This document shows positions 12,691 through 25,299 of a stretch of 64,000 bases of DNA, piece by piece; position 1 is the first letter of the stretch; each line of letters opens with the position of its first letter. The DNA is from Octopus bimaculoides. Its lineage: Eukaryota. The position numbers were made by a program, and so were the translations under genes. The notes under the pieces were generated by a model. The model was not told where the DNA came from, did no database searches, and was given only the letters and a program-made list of their open reading frames with translations. The stretch is from NCBI RefSeq assembly GCF_001194135.2, contig NC_068998.1, positions 46,863,376 through 46,927,375 of the forward strand, in the 5' to 3' direction.

Positions 12691-13457
12691 TTGAAGATAT
12701 TGGTACTAGGATTAACTAGGAGGCGGTGGCTTAACTGACTTTGCTAGCGATGATGTTGACGGATTTCAACATTTTGATAAAATTTAAACACTGTAGTATG
12801 TTTTTTTTTTTTTGCTTATAATATACGACTCTGCTAGTTTGTTGTATTATATATAAATTAGAGATTTTATTGTCATTTGTAACGTTTTACAGCTGCTGGT
12901 ATATTTGCGCTGTAAGTCACTGTATTTCATGTCTGATCTCCTTGCATCATGTACAATGATACGACTTACTTAGTTGCTGGAAAATGTTTACTGTTACAGC
13001 TAAGATATATTTATTGTTTTCTCTTGGTGTATTTTATTAGGACATTCATGGAAATCTTCAATGTCAATGACTCTCTCTAGTTTGTACTAACAACGGATAT
13101 ATCAATATTTTCATTTGTAACTTTATACAATATTTTTCTGCTGTAACTGAGCTACTTTTTGCTTTCTCGTTGTTGTTGTTGTTGCTTTTCTTTTTCATCT
13201 CAGGTTCTGTTGTAACTCCTGGAGTCTTGCATGCGTAACGGGCTTGTTGCCTGCAGCCTACGGTACCATGCTATATTTTCTTTTCAACTGTCTAATACTT
13301 ACCTGATTATTCTGGCCGTGCCAAGGAGGTAAACCTAAATCATCATCATCATTATTCTCCATAAAATAAATGCAAATTGTCTACTAATGTCGATTAATAA
13401 CTTTATTGTTACCTCTTTCTTGTATTCACATTCAAGTTACTTATATAGAAAATTAGA

Positions 13458-13645
13458 TGGCACGTGGACTTGTGGTTAGGGTGTTGCACTGTCGATTGCT
13501 TGATCGTAGGTTCAATTCCTGGACCGAGCATACGCTGAGCTCTTGTGCAAAACACTTCATTTTTCGTTGCTCCAGTCCATTCACCTGTAAATGAGTAATC
13601 CTGCGACAGATTAGCGTTCCGATTAGAGGGAATGCTTGCCTGCAC
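13458..13645 (+). mobile_element. SINE family B (tRNA-derived head)
   Basis: A-box-like tggacttgtgg, B box ggttcaattcc, then gcaaaacacttcat...gttgctccagtccattcacctgtaaatgag. Confidence 0.8.
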
Positions 13646-14318
13646 GCCTAACTATCCGATAGTCTAGTCGATCAAATGATCACGCGATATAGAAAATAAT
13701 TAAAATAAACCTCACGACTTTAGTTTCATGCCAGTGCGATGATCATGCGAGAACTGTTGGTCTTTCTACATGTATCCATTTTACTCACATTGCAATAGAT
13801 TCTTTTTTCCTTCTTTATCTGATGTTTTAGAATGTTTTTGAAATATTATTTTGCTATTTGTTCTGTTGTCTTTTGGGGTCGTTGTTTGTGTGTCGTTCAA
13901 GTTGGTTAGTTGTCGATATTATTTTGTTTTATTTATTTTCGGACGTGACTAAGGTTTCCGTCGAATCTTTTACCCACCCGATGAAAGTACTATATATTCA
14001 TTGATCAGTTGTACCGTTCTTATTTTTATGCGGTTTTGAATTTTATCGTATATTGGGATGCAATCGCTGTTTTACTTCTGATAACCTAATGTTTTCGGTC
14101 ACAGTTGATTTGTTTTATATTCTGTATATCTGTTTATTCTTGCTTAAAATCGAATTTATTTTTCTCATTTCTGATTTTATTTCACTATGGTCCGTTGGTT
14201 ACTAGTGACAGTATCACCGATGTCCTGTTCACGTCGCCTGATTTCAGCTCTCATTTATTCTCTCTAGCTATTTTGCAAATTGCTTTTTTTTTTTTGCTTC
14301 TTTTTTCATTTCTTATAG

Positions 14319-14365
14319 TTCATTGGTTATTATTTACGGTGCGGAGGTCTTGTATCCTGCCATTG
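14319..14365 (+). CDS. Weak candidate 47-nt exon
   Basis: Long T/C tract plus tag acceptor and TTG|GTGAGA donor. All three frames are open, so coding status cannot be judged. Confidence 0.15.
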
Positions 14366-14639
14366 GTGAGATATGCTCTCAGGTTGTGAAATTATTTCTC
14401 TGTATGTTTGTGCGAACACACAGACACACACATACACACACGCACACACGCGCAAGAACTGACATACTGCCACGCATAACGCGGAGAAACAGTTACACAA
14501 ATATATAACCTTGCGCATGTTTATGTGTCCATTGAAGCATACATGAGCATGTATTCAAATGTGAAGGCTGGCTATAAGGGAATAAAGGAAGAAATAGAAA
14601 GAGAATATTAAGAACCAAAAGGAAAGAGTATATTCTCCC

Positions 14640-14671
<32 letters not shown>

Positions 14672-14707
14672 TTCTTCTTCTTCTAATTATGCTAATTCTG
14701 TTTCTTC

Positions 14708-14850
14708 TATGTGGTTTCGGGTTCAGTCCCACTACGTGGCACCTTCACCAAGTGTGTCTTCTACTATAGCCTCGGGCCGACCAAAACCTTATGAGTGGAT
14801 TTGGTAGACGGAAACTGAAAGAAGCCCGTCGTATTTATATATATATGTGT

Positions 14851-14889
<39 letters not shown>

Positions 14890-15107
14890 GTGTGTGTGTG
14901 TGTCTGTGCTTGTCCGCCCAACATCGCTTGACAACCGGATGCTGGTGTGTTTACGTCCCCGTATGCTAGTGGTTCGGCAAAAGAGACCGATAGAATAAGT
15001 ACTAGGCTTACAAAGAATAAGTCATGGGGTTGATTTGTTCGACTAAAGGCGGTGATCCAGCATGGCCACAGTCAAATGGCTGAAACAAATAAAAGAATAA
15101 AAGAATA
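14708..15107 (+). mobile_element. SINE family A, near full-length reference copy with internal (GT)n
   Basis: B box gggttcagtccc, left arm, about 75-bp (TA)(GT)n spacer, right arm ending in a taaaaga repeated tail. Confidence 0.92.
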
Positions 15108-15125
15108 TATATGTTAATATATACA

Positions 15126-15365
15126 CGAGGGCGCATAACCTAGTGGTAAGGCTATTGCACTCACGATCGCTAGACCGTGGTTTCAAATCCTAAACACTTC
15201 ATCTCACGTTGCTCTGCCATCATTTCAACACCTGATGCGTGGTACACCATGCACCTGTCTGTTCAAGCAGCATCGATTTGATGGAGGGAGGGAGCTGACG
15301 TAGAGTGCATGCGTTTGATCACTATAGACAAATCATTTGTGCAAGCCGTTCGGCAAAAGCTGAAC
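15126..15365 (+). mobile_element. SINE family B
   Basis: gggcgcataacctagtgg A-box region, gtttcaaatcc B box, aaacacttcatctcacgttgctc core, gtttgatcactatagac 3' part. Confidence 0.8.
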
Positions 15366-15468
15366 ACTTATATGTCATATGCATAAATATATGTGTGTGT
15401 GTGTGTGTGTGTATGTGTGTACGTGAGTGTTTGTGTGTGGAGGGAGAGAGAGATAGAGAGAGAAAGAA

Positions 15469-15517
<49 letters not shown>

Positions 15518-16327
15518 GACAGAGACAGAGAAAGGTTTACTCATATATACAAATATATATTTATCGCTTTTACATGAAGTATTAAGTACTTCATTTAGTA
15601 TGCGAAATTTTCCCTACGTGCTGAGATGACTTTCACTTCCTTCCGGTATATATCGTATTTTTAAACAGAGCACCTCCATAAGAGATGTTTATCTTTGGGC
15701 GCAGTAACTATTTATAATATGTATGTTACATGGAAGGCTGCGTGTGTGTGCGTGTGTGCGCGTTTGTGTGTGCACATAAAACATACACATTTAGAATAGA
15801 ATTGATTTTCGATCGTTTTAATCGATTTGAATATTTTTCATTTTCTATTTGAAAATTTGGTTATGAAACACGCGTAGTCGTTTTATTATCATTATCTTAT
15901 GATATTTACTTTGTATTATACTATACATATTTATCGTGCATTTACTTATTAATTTTTCTATATGTGACTGTTCATGAAGTTTGGTTCTTTTCCCTAAAAC
16001 TATATATATATGTCTGCACGGATAATCTATTTTTATCTATTTTTATCAAACATCCTTGACCATATTTTCGGATGAACTTTCTGATGATTTGTTTCTGAGA
16101 GGAGAATGTCTAAATCAATCATGAAATGTTTCTAGAGCTCAGGAGAATACGAAAAAAATAGTAAAGGAAACAACATAAGAGCAGAACATTTGTGTTTTTA
16201 AACACATATCTCAAAGATAACCTGTGCCTCAACACACAAACACAGATAAATATATAGATGTATGTGAATTTGTTAGTGTTTGTGTGTATGTGTGTGTGCG
16301 TGTAGGAGTGTATATTTGTGTCTTATG

Positions 16328-16369
<42 letters not shown>

Positions 16370-16848
16370 TGAGTGAGCGTGTGTGAGTGTGTTTGTGAGT
16401 ATATGTGTGTGTGTATACGCCAGCCTAATGCATCTACATCACCTGCTGTTCTACGTCAGCCATGATGTGTTGCTGCTCGTTTGTAAACATCGAGGAAATC
16501 TTTAAACAAAGACAAGGCATCTATGTACACAGACAGACACAAGCACATACACACGCACATGCACACACACACGCACATGCTCACGCAAACACATATACAC
16601 ATACACAGACGTGTATGTGTGTATATATTTGTNNNNNNNNNNNNNNNNNNNNNNNNNNNNNNNNNNNNNNNNNNNNNNNNNNNNNNNNNNNNNNNNNNNN
16701 NNNNNNNNNNNNNNNNNNNNNNNNNNNNNNNNNNNNNNNNNNNNNNNNNNNNNNNNNNNNNNNNNNNNNNNNNNNNNNNNNNNNNNNNNNNNNNNNNNNN
16801 NNNNNNNNNNNNNNNNNNNNNNNNNNNNNNNNNNNNNNNNNNNNNNNN

Positions 16849-16887
<39 letters not shown>

Positions 16888-18744
16888 TACATGTGTTTGT
16901 GTTTATATGCACATACAGAAAGCACACACATACATACAGAATCACACACATGTCTGTGTATCTTATATATTTGCATATACATATACATACATATATACAT
17001 ATATAAACACATTCATACACATGTATATATATATATATATATATATATAACCTGTTTAAGAGATATTATTAGCATTTGTTTCAAAATCACTTAAAAGGCG
17101 AATATTCACAAGGAATTGTTTTCGGAACCCCCAGTTTAAGTCACCCAGTTTAATAGATTCTCATTTGCACCAATAATTACTGTACCAGTTGCTTATATTA
17201 GCAAATGCCAATGTGTCGTCTGAAAAATCTGAGGGGGTGGGGGCTTAGACCAAAAAGAGACCAACGAACAATGGGATCTTTACAAAATACTGGAAGTCCA
17301 ATAGTAAAAGTATACAGGACCTGTTTCTAAAGTTCAACTTGAAACAGATTGCTTCTGTTATCGAAATTCCGGCTTTCGAGCTTCTGTTTCTTTTGTTAGA
17401 AACCAGTTTGTTGTCTTTTTTTCGGGGAAGAATTCGAATAACATTAAAGAGATAACTATTCATTTGTAAGCAGTATACACGATGTACATAAACAAGGATA
17501 TCTACGTAAAAATACACACACACACACGTACACTTACACACACGCGTACATACACACACACGTACACACACACACACACGCGTACACACACACACGTACA
17601 CGTATACAGTTGCTAACTGTATCTGTAAAATAGATAGATAGATAGATACTTTTGTTTGGTATGTAAATACATACATGTACACACACGCATATACAGAGAG
17701 AAACACAGATAGAAAGACATATATATATATATATATATATATATANNNNNNNNNNNNNNNNNNNNNNNNNNNNNNNNNNNNNNNNNNNNNNNNNNNNNNN
17801 NNNNNNNNNNNNNNNNNNNNNNNNNNNNNNNNNNNNNNNNNNNNNNNNNNNNNNNNNNNNNNNNNNNNNNNNNNNNNNNNNNNNNNNNNNNNNNNNNNNN
17901 NNNNNNNNNNNNNNNNNNNNNNNNNNNNNNNNNNNNNNNNNNNNNNNNNNNNNNNNNNNNNNNNNNNNNNNNNNNNNNNNNNNNNNNNNNNNNNNNNNNN
18001 NNNNNNNNNNNNNNNNNNNNNNNNNNNNNNNNNNNNNNNNNNNNNNNNNNNNNNNNNNNNNNNNNNNNNNNNNNNNNNNNNNNNNNNNNNNNNNNNNNNN
18101 NNNNNNNNNNNNNNNNNNNNNNNNNNNNNNNNNNNNNNNNNNNNNNNNNNNNNNNNNNNNNNNNNNNNNNNNNNNNNNNNNNNNNNNNNNNNNNNNNNNN
18201 NNNNNNNNNNNNNNNNNNNNNNNNNNNNNNNNNNNNNNNNNNNNNNNNNNNNNNNNNNNNNNNNNNNNNNNNNNNNNNNNNNNNNNNNNNNNNNNNNNNN
18301 NNNNNNNNNNNNNNNNNNNNNNNNNNNNNNNNNNNNNNNNNNNNNNNNNNNNNNNNNNNNNNNNNNNNNNNNNNNNNNNNNNNNNNNNNNATATATATAT
18401 ACTTTATATATATTCCCACATGTACGACATGTAGTACGTATTATCACCTATGTACGTACGTCCATGTGTATGAAGAAATAGATAAATATATGTTTATGTA
18501 TGTGTAACTATGTATTTATCAGACGCGTACCGCAATGTGTAGCAGCGTCTTCCAAAATAAAAGCTAAACTATAAGTACTGATAACTAATTATTAAAACTC
18601 GATAATTTCCAATTATAAAAGCATGCTAATTTAACGTAATTGGTTATTTAATTTTGTAAATGGTTGATATTTTAATGTTGAAGAAGTCCAATACTCGCTG
18701 ACCTTCAGTTCAAGATATTCATTATATAATAGCGTAATAACAAT

Positions 18745-18957
18745 GATTCTTTCTACTATAGGCATAAAGCATAATAACATTGGGAGAGTGGGTATGCTTA
18801 GTTCAGTACATCGACTCCAGGGCCAAACTGGTGCATGTGTTAACGATCCAGAAAGGACGGAAGGCGAAGTTGATATAGGCGGAATTTGTATTCAGAACGT
18901 AAAGACAAAAGAAATGCTGCCAAGCATTCCTCCGTTGCTGTAAGAATTCTGCCAGCT
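18745..18957 (-). mobile_element. SINE family C, diverged
   Basis: ggcggaatttgtattcagaacgtaaagac...attctgccagct and ctactataggcata tail on the opposite strand. Confidence 0.8.
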
Positions 18958-18980
18958 GGACTTTATAATGGTTTCTAATA

Positions 18981-19260
18981 TGGTTGACTTAAACTGGGTG
19001 ACTTAAACTGGGTGACTTAAACTGGGTGACTTAAACTGGGTGACTTAAACTGGGTGACTTAAACTGGGTGACTTAAACTGGGTGACTTAAACTGGTTGAC
19101 TTAAACTGGGTGACTTAAACTGGTTGACTTAAAGTGGTTGACTTAAACTGGGTGACTTAAACTGGTTGACTTAAACTGGGTGACTTAAACTGGGTGACTT
19201 AAACTGGTTGACTTAAACTGGGTGACTTAAACTGGGTGACTTAAACTGGGTGACTTAAAC
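18981..19260. repeat. 14-bp minisatellite tgg(g/t)tgacttaaac x20
   Basis: 280 bp = 20 units; variation is limited to g/t at position 4 and one aaag variant. Confidence 0.97.
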
Positions 19261-19762
19261 TGGGGGTTCCGAAAACAATTCCTTGTGAATATTCGCCTTT
19301 TAAGTGATTTTGAAACAAATGCTAATAATATCTCTTAAACAGGTTATATATATATAAAAACAAAAGTAAATGAGTATATGCATATATACGTACAGGTATG
19401 TGCATACCGACATCCACCTGTATGTATAGGTGCATATCTGGGTACAGGACATTGCAAACAAACGTAGACGAGAACACACGAGCCACATAGAGAACATTCT
19501 ACTTCATCAGCTACCCACGTTTTAACACCGGCGNNNNNNNNNNNNNNNNNNNNNNNNNNNNNNNNNNNNNNNNNNNNNNNNNNNNNNNNNNNNNNNNNNN
19601 NNNNNNNNNNNNNNNNNNNNNNNNNNNNNNNNNNNNNNNNNNNNNNNNNNNNNNNNNNNNNNNNNNNNNNNNNNNNNNNNNNNNNNNNGCAACGTTAAAA
19701 CGGCTCGTCCCATGGATCGCAGATTAAATCTGTATACGCAAATTAAATCTAGCCATGGAGGA

Positions 19763-19794
<32 letters not shown>

Positions 19795-19832
19795 GTGTGT
19801 GTGTATTTTTACGTAGATATCCTTGTTTATGT

Positions 19833-20089
19833 GCGTGACATCTCACATCAAGATAAACAGCGCATGACCTTGAAGGTGGGACCCAATTAGAATTTTCTTC
19901 GGGTCGCGTAGCGCATCCCGCTCAAAAGGTCCCTGAATAAAGGTTGTTTAAGGATGATGAACAAAACACCCATGTTTCCAAAGGTGAATTATCCAAACCC
20001 CAAAGAATTCCTCTCAACACATGACTGCGATGCTCCTCAACCACTTCTGCTCATGATCAGAGATGCACACATCATAAGACACTAAGGGA
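19833..20089 (-). mobile_element. Family D internal fragment
   Basis: Collinear, high-identity match to 5420-5682. Confidence 0.9.
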
Positions 20090-20492
20090 TCCGTGTCGCG
20101 TAGGCCGCCTCGCGTTCCCCAATCACAGATGGTTCAGTTATGCTGTGAAGAACGAATGTTAAAACTCGGAAGTATTTGGTCGAGTGAGATACAATTTCTG
20201 TTAAAATTTCTTATTCAATATGACATATATAATTTATACAACGTACCTGGCACTCAATATAAATACCACGTACATCATTCACTATATAAATATATGATAT
20301 AATAATGACACCATGCCAGATTAATAGTGGTCCATTTCTGAGGTGAAGAGAAATGCGTTTACGTGTCTGCACGCGCGCACATATGTATTTGTGGCATTCA
20401 TAGTTATTTCGAAACTCACGTAGTATAATTTATTATTATTACGCATCATTAACATACATCATGTACATATACACATAAACCATACACATAAA

Positions 20493-20569
<77 letters not shown>

Positions 20570-21039
20570 NNNNNNNNNNNNNNNNNNNNNNNNNNNNNNN
20601 NNNNNNNNNNNNNNNNNNNNNNNNNNNNNNNNNNNNNNNNNNNNNNNNNNNNNNNNNNNNNNNNNNNNNNNNNNNNNNNNNNNNNNNNNNNNNNNNNNNN
20701 NNNNNNNNNNNNNNNNNNNNNNNNNNNNNNNNNNNNNNNNNNNNNNNNNNNNNNNNNNNNNNNNNNNNNNNNNNNNNNNNNNNNNNNNNNNNNNNNNNNN
20801 NNNNNNNNNNNNNNNNNNNNNNNNNNNNNNNNNNNNNNNNNNNNNNNNNNNNNNNNNNNNNNNNNNNNNNNNNNNNNNNNNNNNNNNNNNNNNNNNNNNN
20901 NNNNNNNNNNNNNNNNNNNNNNNNNNNNNNNNNNNNNNNNNNNNNNNNNNNNNNNNNNNNNNNNNNNNNNNNNNNNNNNNNNNNNNNNNNNNNNNNNNNN
21001 NNNNNNNNNNNNNNNNNNNNNNNNNNNNNNNNNNNNNNN

Positions 21040-21098
<59 letters not shown>

Positions 21099-21148
21099 TA
21101 GATAGATAGATAGATAATATATATGCACAAGCACACACATATACACGT

Positions 21149-21179
<31 letters not shown>

Positions 21180-21669
21180 TACAAACACATACATCTATAT
21201 GTATACGTATGTGTATGTGTGCGTGTGTGTTGGTTTGGGTATCCCTACGTAGATGTTTCAACAAGCACAAGCTCACATGCGTATACCCTCACACGTTGTA
21301 ACTTCGTAACTTATTATACACACATCTATACACTTATCTACACATTCCACATCATGCATTCATGCCATTCCGGCATTTGAAATCCATGAATAAACTACAC
21401 GCATACCACCCGCATACTTCATTTGTTTCATTCTTTTCAATGAATATGTTAAAATCTATTTGAAACAACGTCTTACATCTGCCATTATCGTCTGCCCCCA
21501 AAGCAGACGACTGCTCAATAAATTGTGCTCTGTACACAGTGCAGGTAAATTATTTTACTCCCATATGAATATTTCATGAAAAAGTTTCTCGAATTCGGTC
21601 GAGAAGAAATTCCAGACAGTTGTAATATAAATAACAATTAAAGAGCAATTGCATTGATTAATTTAATTA

Positions 21670-21725
21670 CGTATGTATGTATGTATGTATGTATGTATGT
21701 ATGTATGTATGTATGTATGTATGTA
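21670..21725. repeat. (TATG)n microsatellite
   Basis: Directly visible. Confidence 0.95.
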
Positions 21726-21741
21726 TTTTTGTATATATATA

Positions 21742-21908
21742 GTAACGTTGTCTGTACAGGTGCAGGATGCGTCACACGTCAAATGTCGAAGGGATTGCAG
21801 AGCAATAAGAAAGGAAGTCTTTCGCGTAAAAACAACCCACCGCCGGGTCCGGAAACCTAAACCATGATCTTGAGTGTAACATCCTGATCACTAGGTTACG
21901 TGCCTTCA
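21742..21908 (-). mobile_element. SINE family B
   Basis: Reverse complement: gaaggcacgtaacctagtgatcaggatgttacactc...ggacccggcggtgggttg...ttgctctgcaatcccttcgacatttgacgtgtg. Confidence 0.7.
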
Positions 21909-21951
21909 TAATCTTCATACTGATAAAGGATTATTAATATGTAAGAGTGTT

Positions 21952-22160
21952 AAGGCGGCGAGCTAGCAGAATCGTTGGCACGCCGGTAAAATGTTCAGCG
22001 GCATTTTATCCATTTTTACGTCCTGAGTTCAATTTCCGTTGTGGTCGGCTTTTCCTTTCTGCGTTAATAAATTAAATACCAATGGAGCACTGAGGTTAAT
22101 GTAAACGGCTTAGCACCTACCCTGAAATTGCTGGCCTTGTGCTCAAACTTAAAACCAGTA
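21952..22160 (+). mobile_element. SINE family C, full-length
   Basis: aaggcggcgagctagcagaatcg head, tgagttcaatttcc B box, aaattgctggccttgtg tail. Confidence 0.88.
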
Positions 22161-22495
22161 TATGTACAAGTGTGTTATTTACCACAATAAATACCTATTT
22201 AAGTTTTCAACTGCGGTTGGAAATATATGAACAATACTATTTTAACTAGGTGTAACCGAACGAGGTCAGACCTCAATTCTTTGCTCAATTACAGAATCCA
22301 CAATCGCAATCTGTTGCAAAATTTATTTCTGATCTTCGATATCAAAGAGAAACTTCCAAGAGTTTCTCTTCTCCCAAATGACTTCAACGCTAACAGCAAA
22401 CATGATATCGTCATTACGTCACAGTTTGTTTATCTATTTATCTGTCGCCTTAAATATTTGCCTCCATTTTAAATATATTTTTATGTTTATTTTCA

Positions 22496-22535
<40 letters not shown>

Positions 22536-22810
22536 TCACGCACACACGCACACATGAATAGACACTGTAATGTGGATTTTGTATATTTGTTTTCTGTATT
22601 TGATTTATGCATTTGTTTTATGTGTTTGTTATATATTCAGTCATGTGTTTTTTAAGTATGTTTGCATTTTGTTCTATTTTTTTATTGATTTTTTTTCTCA
22701 TGTATTTGCTGATGTCTTCTCGACTTATTTCTCTTCGAAAAAAATTTCTCTTTCTCTCACCCTTTCCCACCCTCTCTCATTCTCTGTCGTTTTCACCCCT
22801 CTATTTACTA

Positions 22811-22847
<37 letters not shown>

Positions 22848-22913
22848 TCCCTTATCTGTCTTCTTATCTATCTATATATGTTTGTGTGTGTATGTTGTAT
22901 ATGTGTATGCTCA

Positions 22914-22975
<62 letters not shown>

Positions 22976-23294
22976 CACATACATATATGTACATATGCAT
23001 GTGTAGGATGTAAATATATATCTGTGCACATATATGTATGCATTTGTGTCTATGTATGTATATATGTATGTATGTATGCATGTGTCATTCATTCTCTTTA
23101 TTTCTTACACACGCAATCTCACTCTTTTGATTTCCTCCTCCACCCCACCTCCCTCTCTATCTCTGATTCTCTCTTTATCGATCTACCGATTTCCTATCTT
23201 CTCTTTTCTCTTCACCTGTCTCCATTTCCCTCTGTGTCACTTTTTTCTCTTTCTCCATCAGGTTCTGTGTCAGACTTTCTCACAACACACTCTA

Positions 23295-23334
<40 letters not shown>

Positions 23335-23773
23335 ATTCGTACAAACACTCACACACGCTTACACACTTTCATACACAGCAAGGTACATAGACAGACACTC
23401 CGACAATAGCTCCATTTCTTTATCCCCATTAGACTTCATATTCAATGTATTTCAAGTCAACATATGTTGCAATAAACGTGGGAGATGGGGGCTGGTTTAT
23501 TGTTTATATTCGTAAGCCAAGGGGATTAAGGATGGATGATCTGTGATTTAAGTATTAGCAGACACGATCAACGGAGGAAGAGCGGAAGTTAATTCTATAA
23601 CTCGAAATATCTCTTGGAAATGTGAGCGACTTCATGTAAAGCTGGTTAAAAGACTTCCCTCTTGAGTATTTAAACGAAAAGCTCACACGTATTCTTAATA
23701 TATATCCTTCACCCTTATACGGATGTGTGTCTGTATATTATATATATATATATGTAGATAGACAGATAGATAA

Positions 23774-23818
<45 letters not shown>

Positions 23819-24180
23819 CAGAGACAGACAGACAGACAGACAGATAGATAGACAGATAGATAGATATGCAGTATGAGCTAAGGGTCACGCACAAAATAAG
23901 TTCAACCCTCCCTGGAATTGTCAAAGACATGCCTAAATTTTTCTAAAATAAATAAAATAATGGTATTCACGTACTTGTGCATGATAAACAAAATGAATAA
24001 GGCTAGCAATTTCGGTGGGAGCAAAATTCTGTAGTAAATTCTCCAAGAAACTTTGCTTCTTTTTTTTAATTTATTAACGTAGGAATAAAAAAAAAAATCA
24101 GTACTATGACTTAAAATGAAATCGCTGCACGTAGCTATTGATACCGTGTCGGCGTCATGTCTATTCAATAAATAAAATCT

Positions 24181-24500
24181 ATTGTTGTTGGCACTCCGTC
24201 GCTTACGACGTCGAGGGTTCCAGTTGGTCCGATCAACGGAACAGCCTGCTCGTGAAATTAACGTGCGAGTGGCTGAGCACTCCACAGACATGTGTACCCT
24301 TAACGTAGTTCTCGGGGATATTCAACGTGACACAGTGTGACAAGGCTGACCCTTTGAATTACAGGCGCAACAGAAACAGGAAGAAAGAGTGAGAGAAAGT
24401 TGTGGTGGAAGAGCACAGCAGGGTTCGCCACCATCCCCTGCCGGAGCCTCATGGGGCTTTAGGTGCTTTTGCTCAATAAACACTCACAACGCCTGGTCTG
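24181..24500 (-). mobile_element. SINE family E, head lost in the gap, (ACA)n 3' tail
   Basis: Core ggcactccgtcgcttacgac...acccttaacgta is near-identical to 42302-42431 in the opposite orientation. Confidence 0.88.
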
Positions 24501-25198
24501 NNNNNNNNNNNNNNNNNNNNNNNNNNNNNNNNNNNNNNNNNNNNNNNNNNNNNNNNNNNNNNNNNNNNNNNNNNNNNNNNNNNNNNNNNNNNNNNNNNNN
24601 NNNNNNNNNNNNNNNNNNNNNNNNNNNNNNNNNNNNNNNNNNNNNNNNNNNNNNNNNNNNNNNNNNNNNNNNNNNNNNNNNNNNNNNNNNNNNNNNNNNN
24701 NNNNNNNNNNNNNNNNNNNNNNNNNNNNNNNNNNNNNNNNNNNNNNNNNNNNNNNNNNNNNNNNNNNNNNNNNNNNNNNNNNNNNNNNNNNNNNNNNNNN
24801 NNNNNNNNNNNNNNNNNNNNNNNNNNNNNNNNNNNNNNNNNNNNNNNNNNNNNNNNNNNNNNNNNNNNNNNNNNNNNNNNNNNNNNNNNNNNNNNNNNNN
24901 NNNNNNNNNNNNNNNNNNNNNNNNNNNNNNNNNNNNNNNNNNNNNNNNNNNNNNNNNNNNNNNNNNNNNNNNNNNNNNNNNNNNNNNNNNNGTCATTTTA
25001 CAATATACTTTCATCTCGAGTTAATTACTGAAAGGTGATAACTTATCTTTGTTGGCAACTTTACAGTTTGATGCGAAACCATTCCAAGGTATTCAGTATT
25101 GTTCCAGTTTACATGTGTATGGGAATATTGTGTACATATGTGCGTGTTCGTGAGTCTGAGTTCGTGTGTAGATGAGTTTATGCGTTTAGGCTAGCATT

Positions 25199-25269
<71 letters not shown>

Positions 25270-25299
25270 GTATGTATATATTTGTGCCTCTTTGTGTCT

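Larger units (their letters stand above)
17050..19344. mobile_element. TA-flanked element with perfect 104-bp inverted termini (foldback-like DNA element or local inverted duplication)
   Basis: 17050-17153 is the exact reverse complement of 19241-19344. Both outer ends abut (TA)n. No transposase visible; the interior has a 645-nt gap. Confidence 0.6.

Noticed and set aside
13295-13330. U1 snRNA gene (starts ATACTTACCTG)
   Set aside because: The similarity stops after 11 nt; no U1 stem-loops or Sm site follow.
13458-13530. tRNA genes at SINE heads (also 1811, 15126, 38797)
   Set aside because: Only A/B-box remnants, no complete cloverleaf, and each continues into a SINE body.
18981-19260. 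CRISPR-like array (also 37018 and 40681)
   Set aside because: The units are directly adjacent with no unique spacers, the context is eukaryotic, and there are no cas genes.
21759-21867. Apparent exon after the acceptor tgtacag with basic ORFs
   Set aside because: It is the reverse complement of a SINE family B copy (21742-21908).
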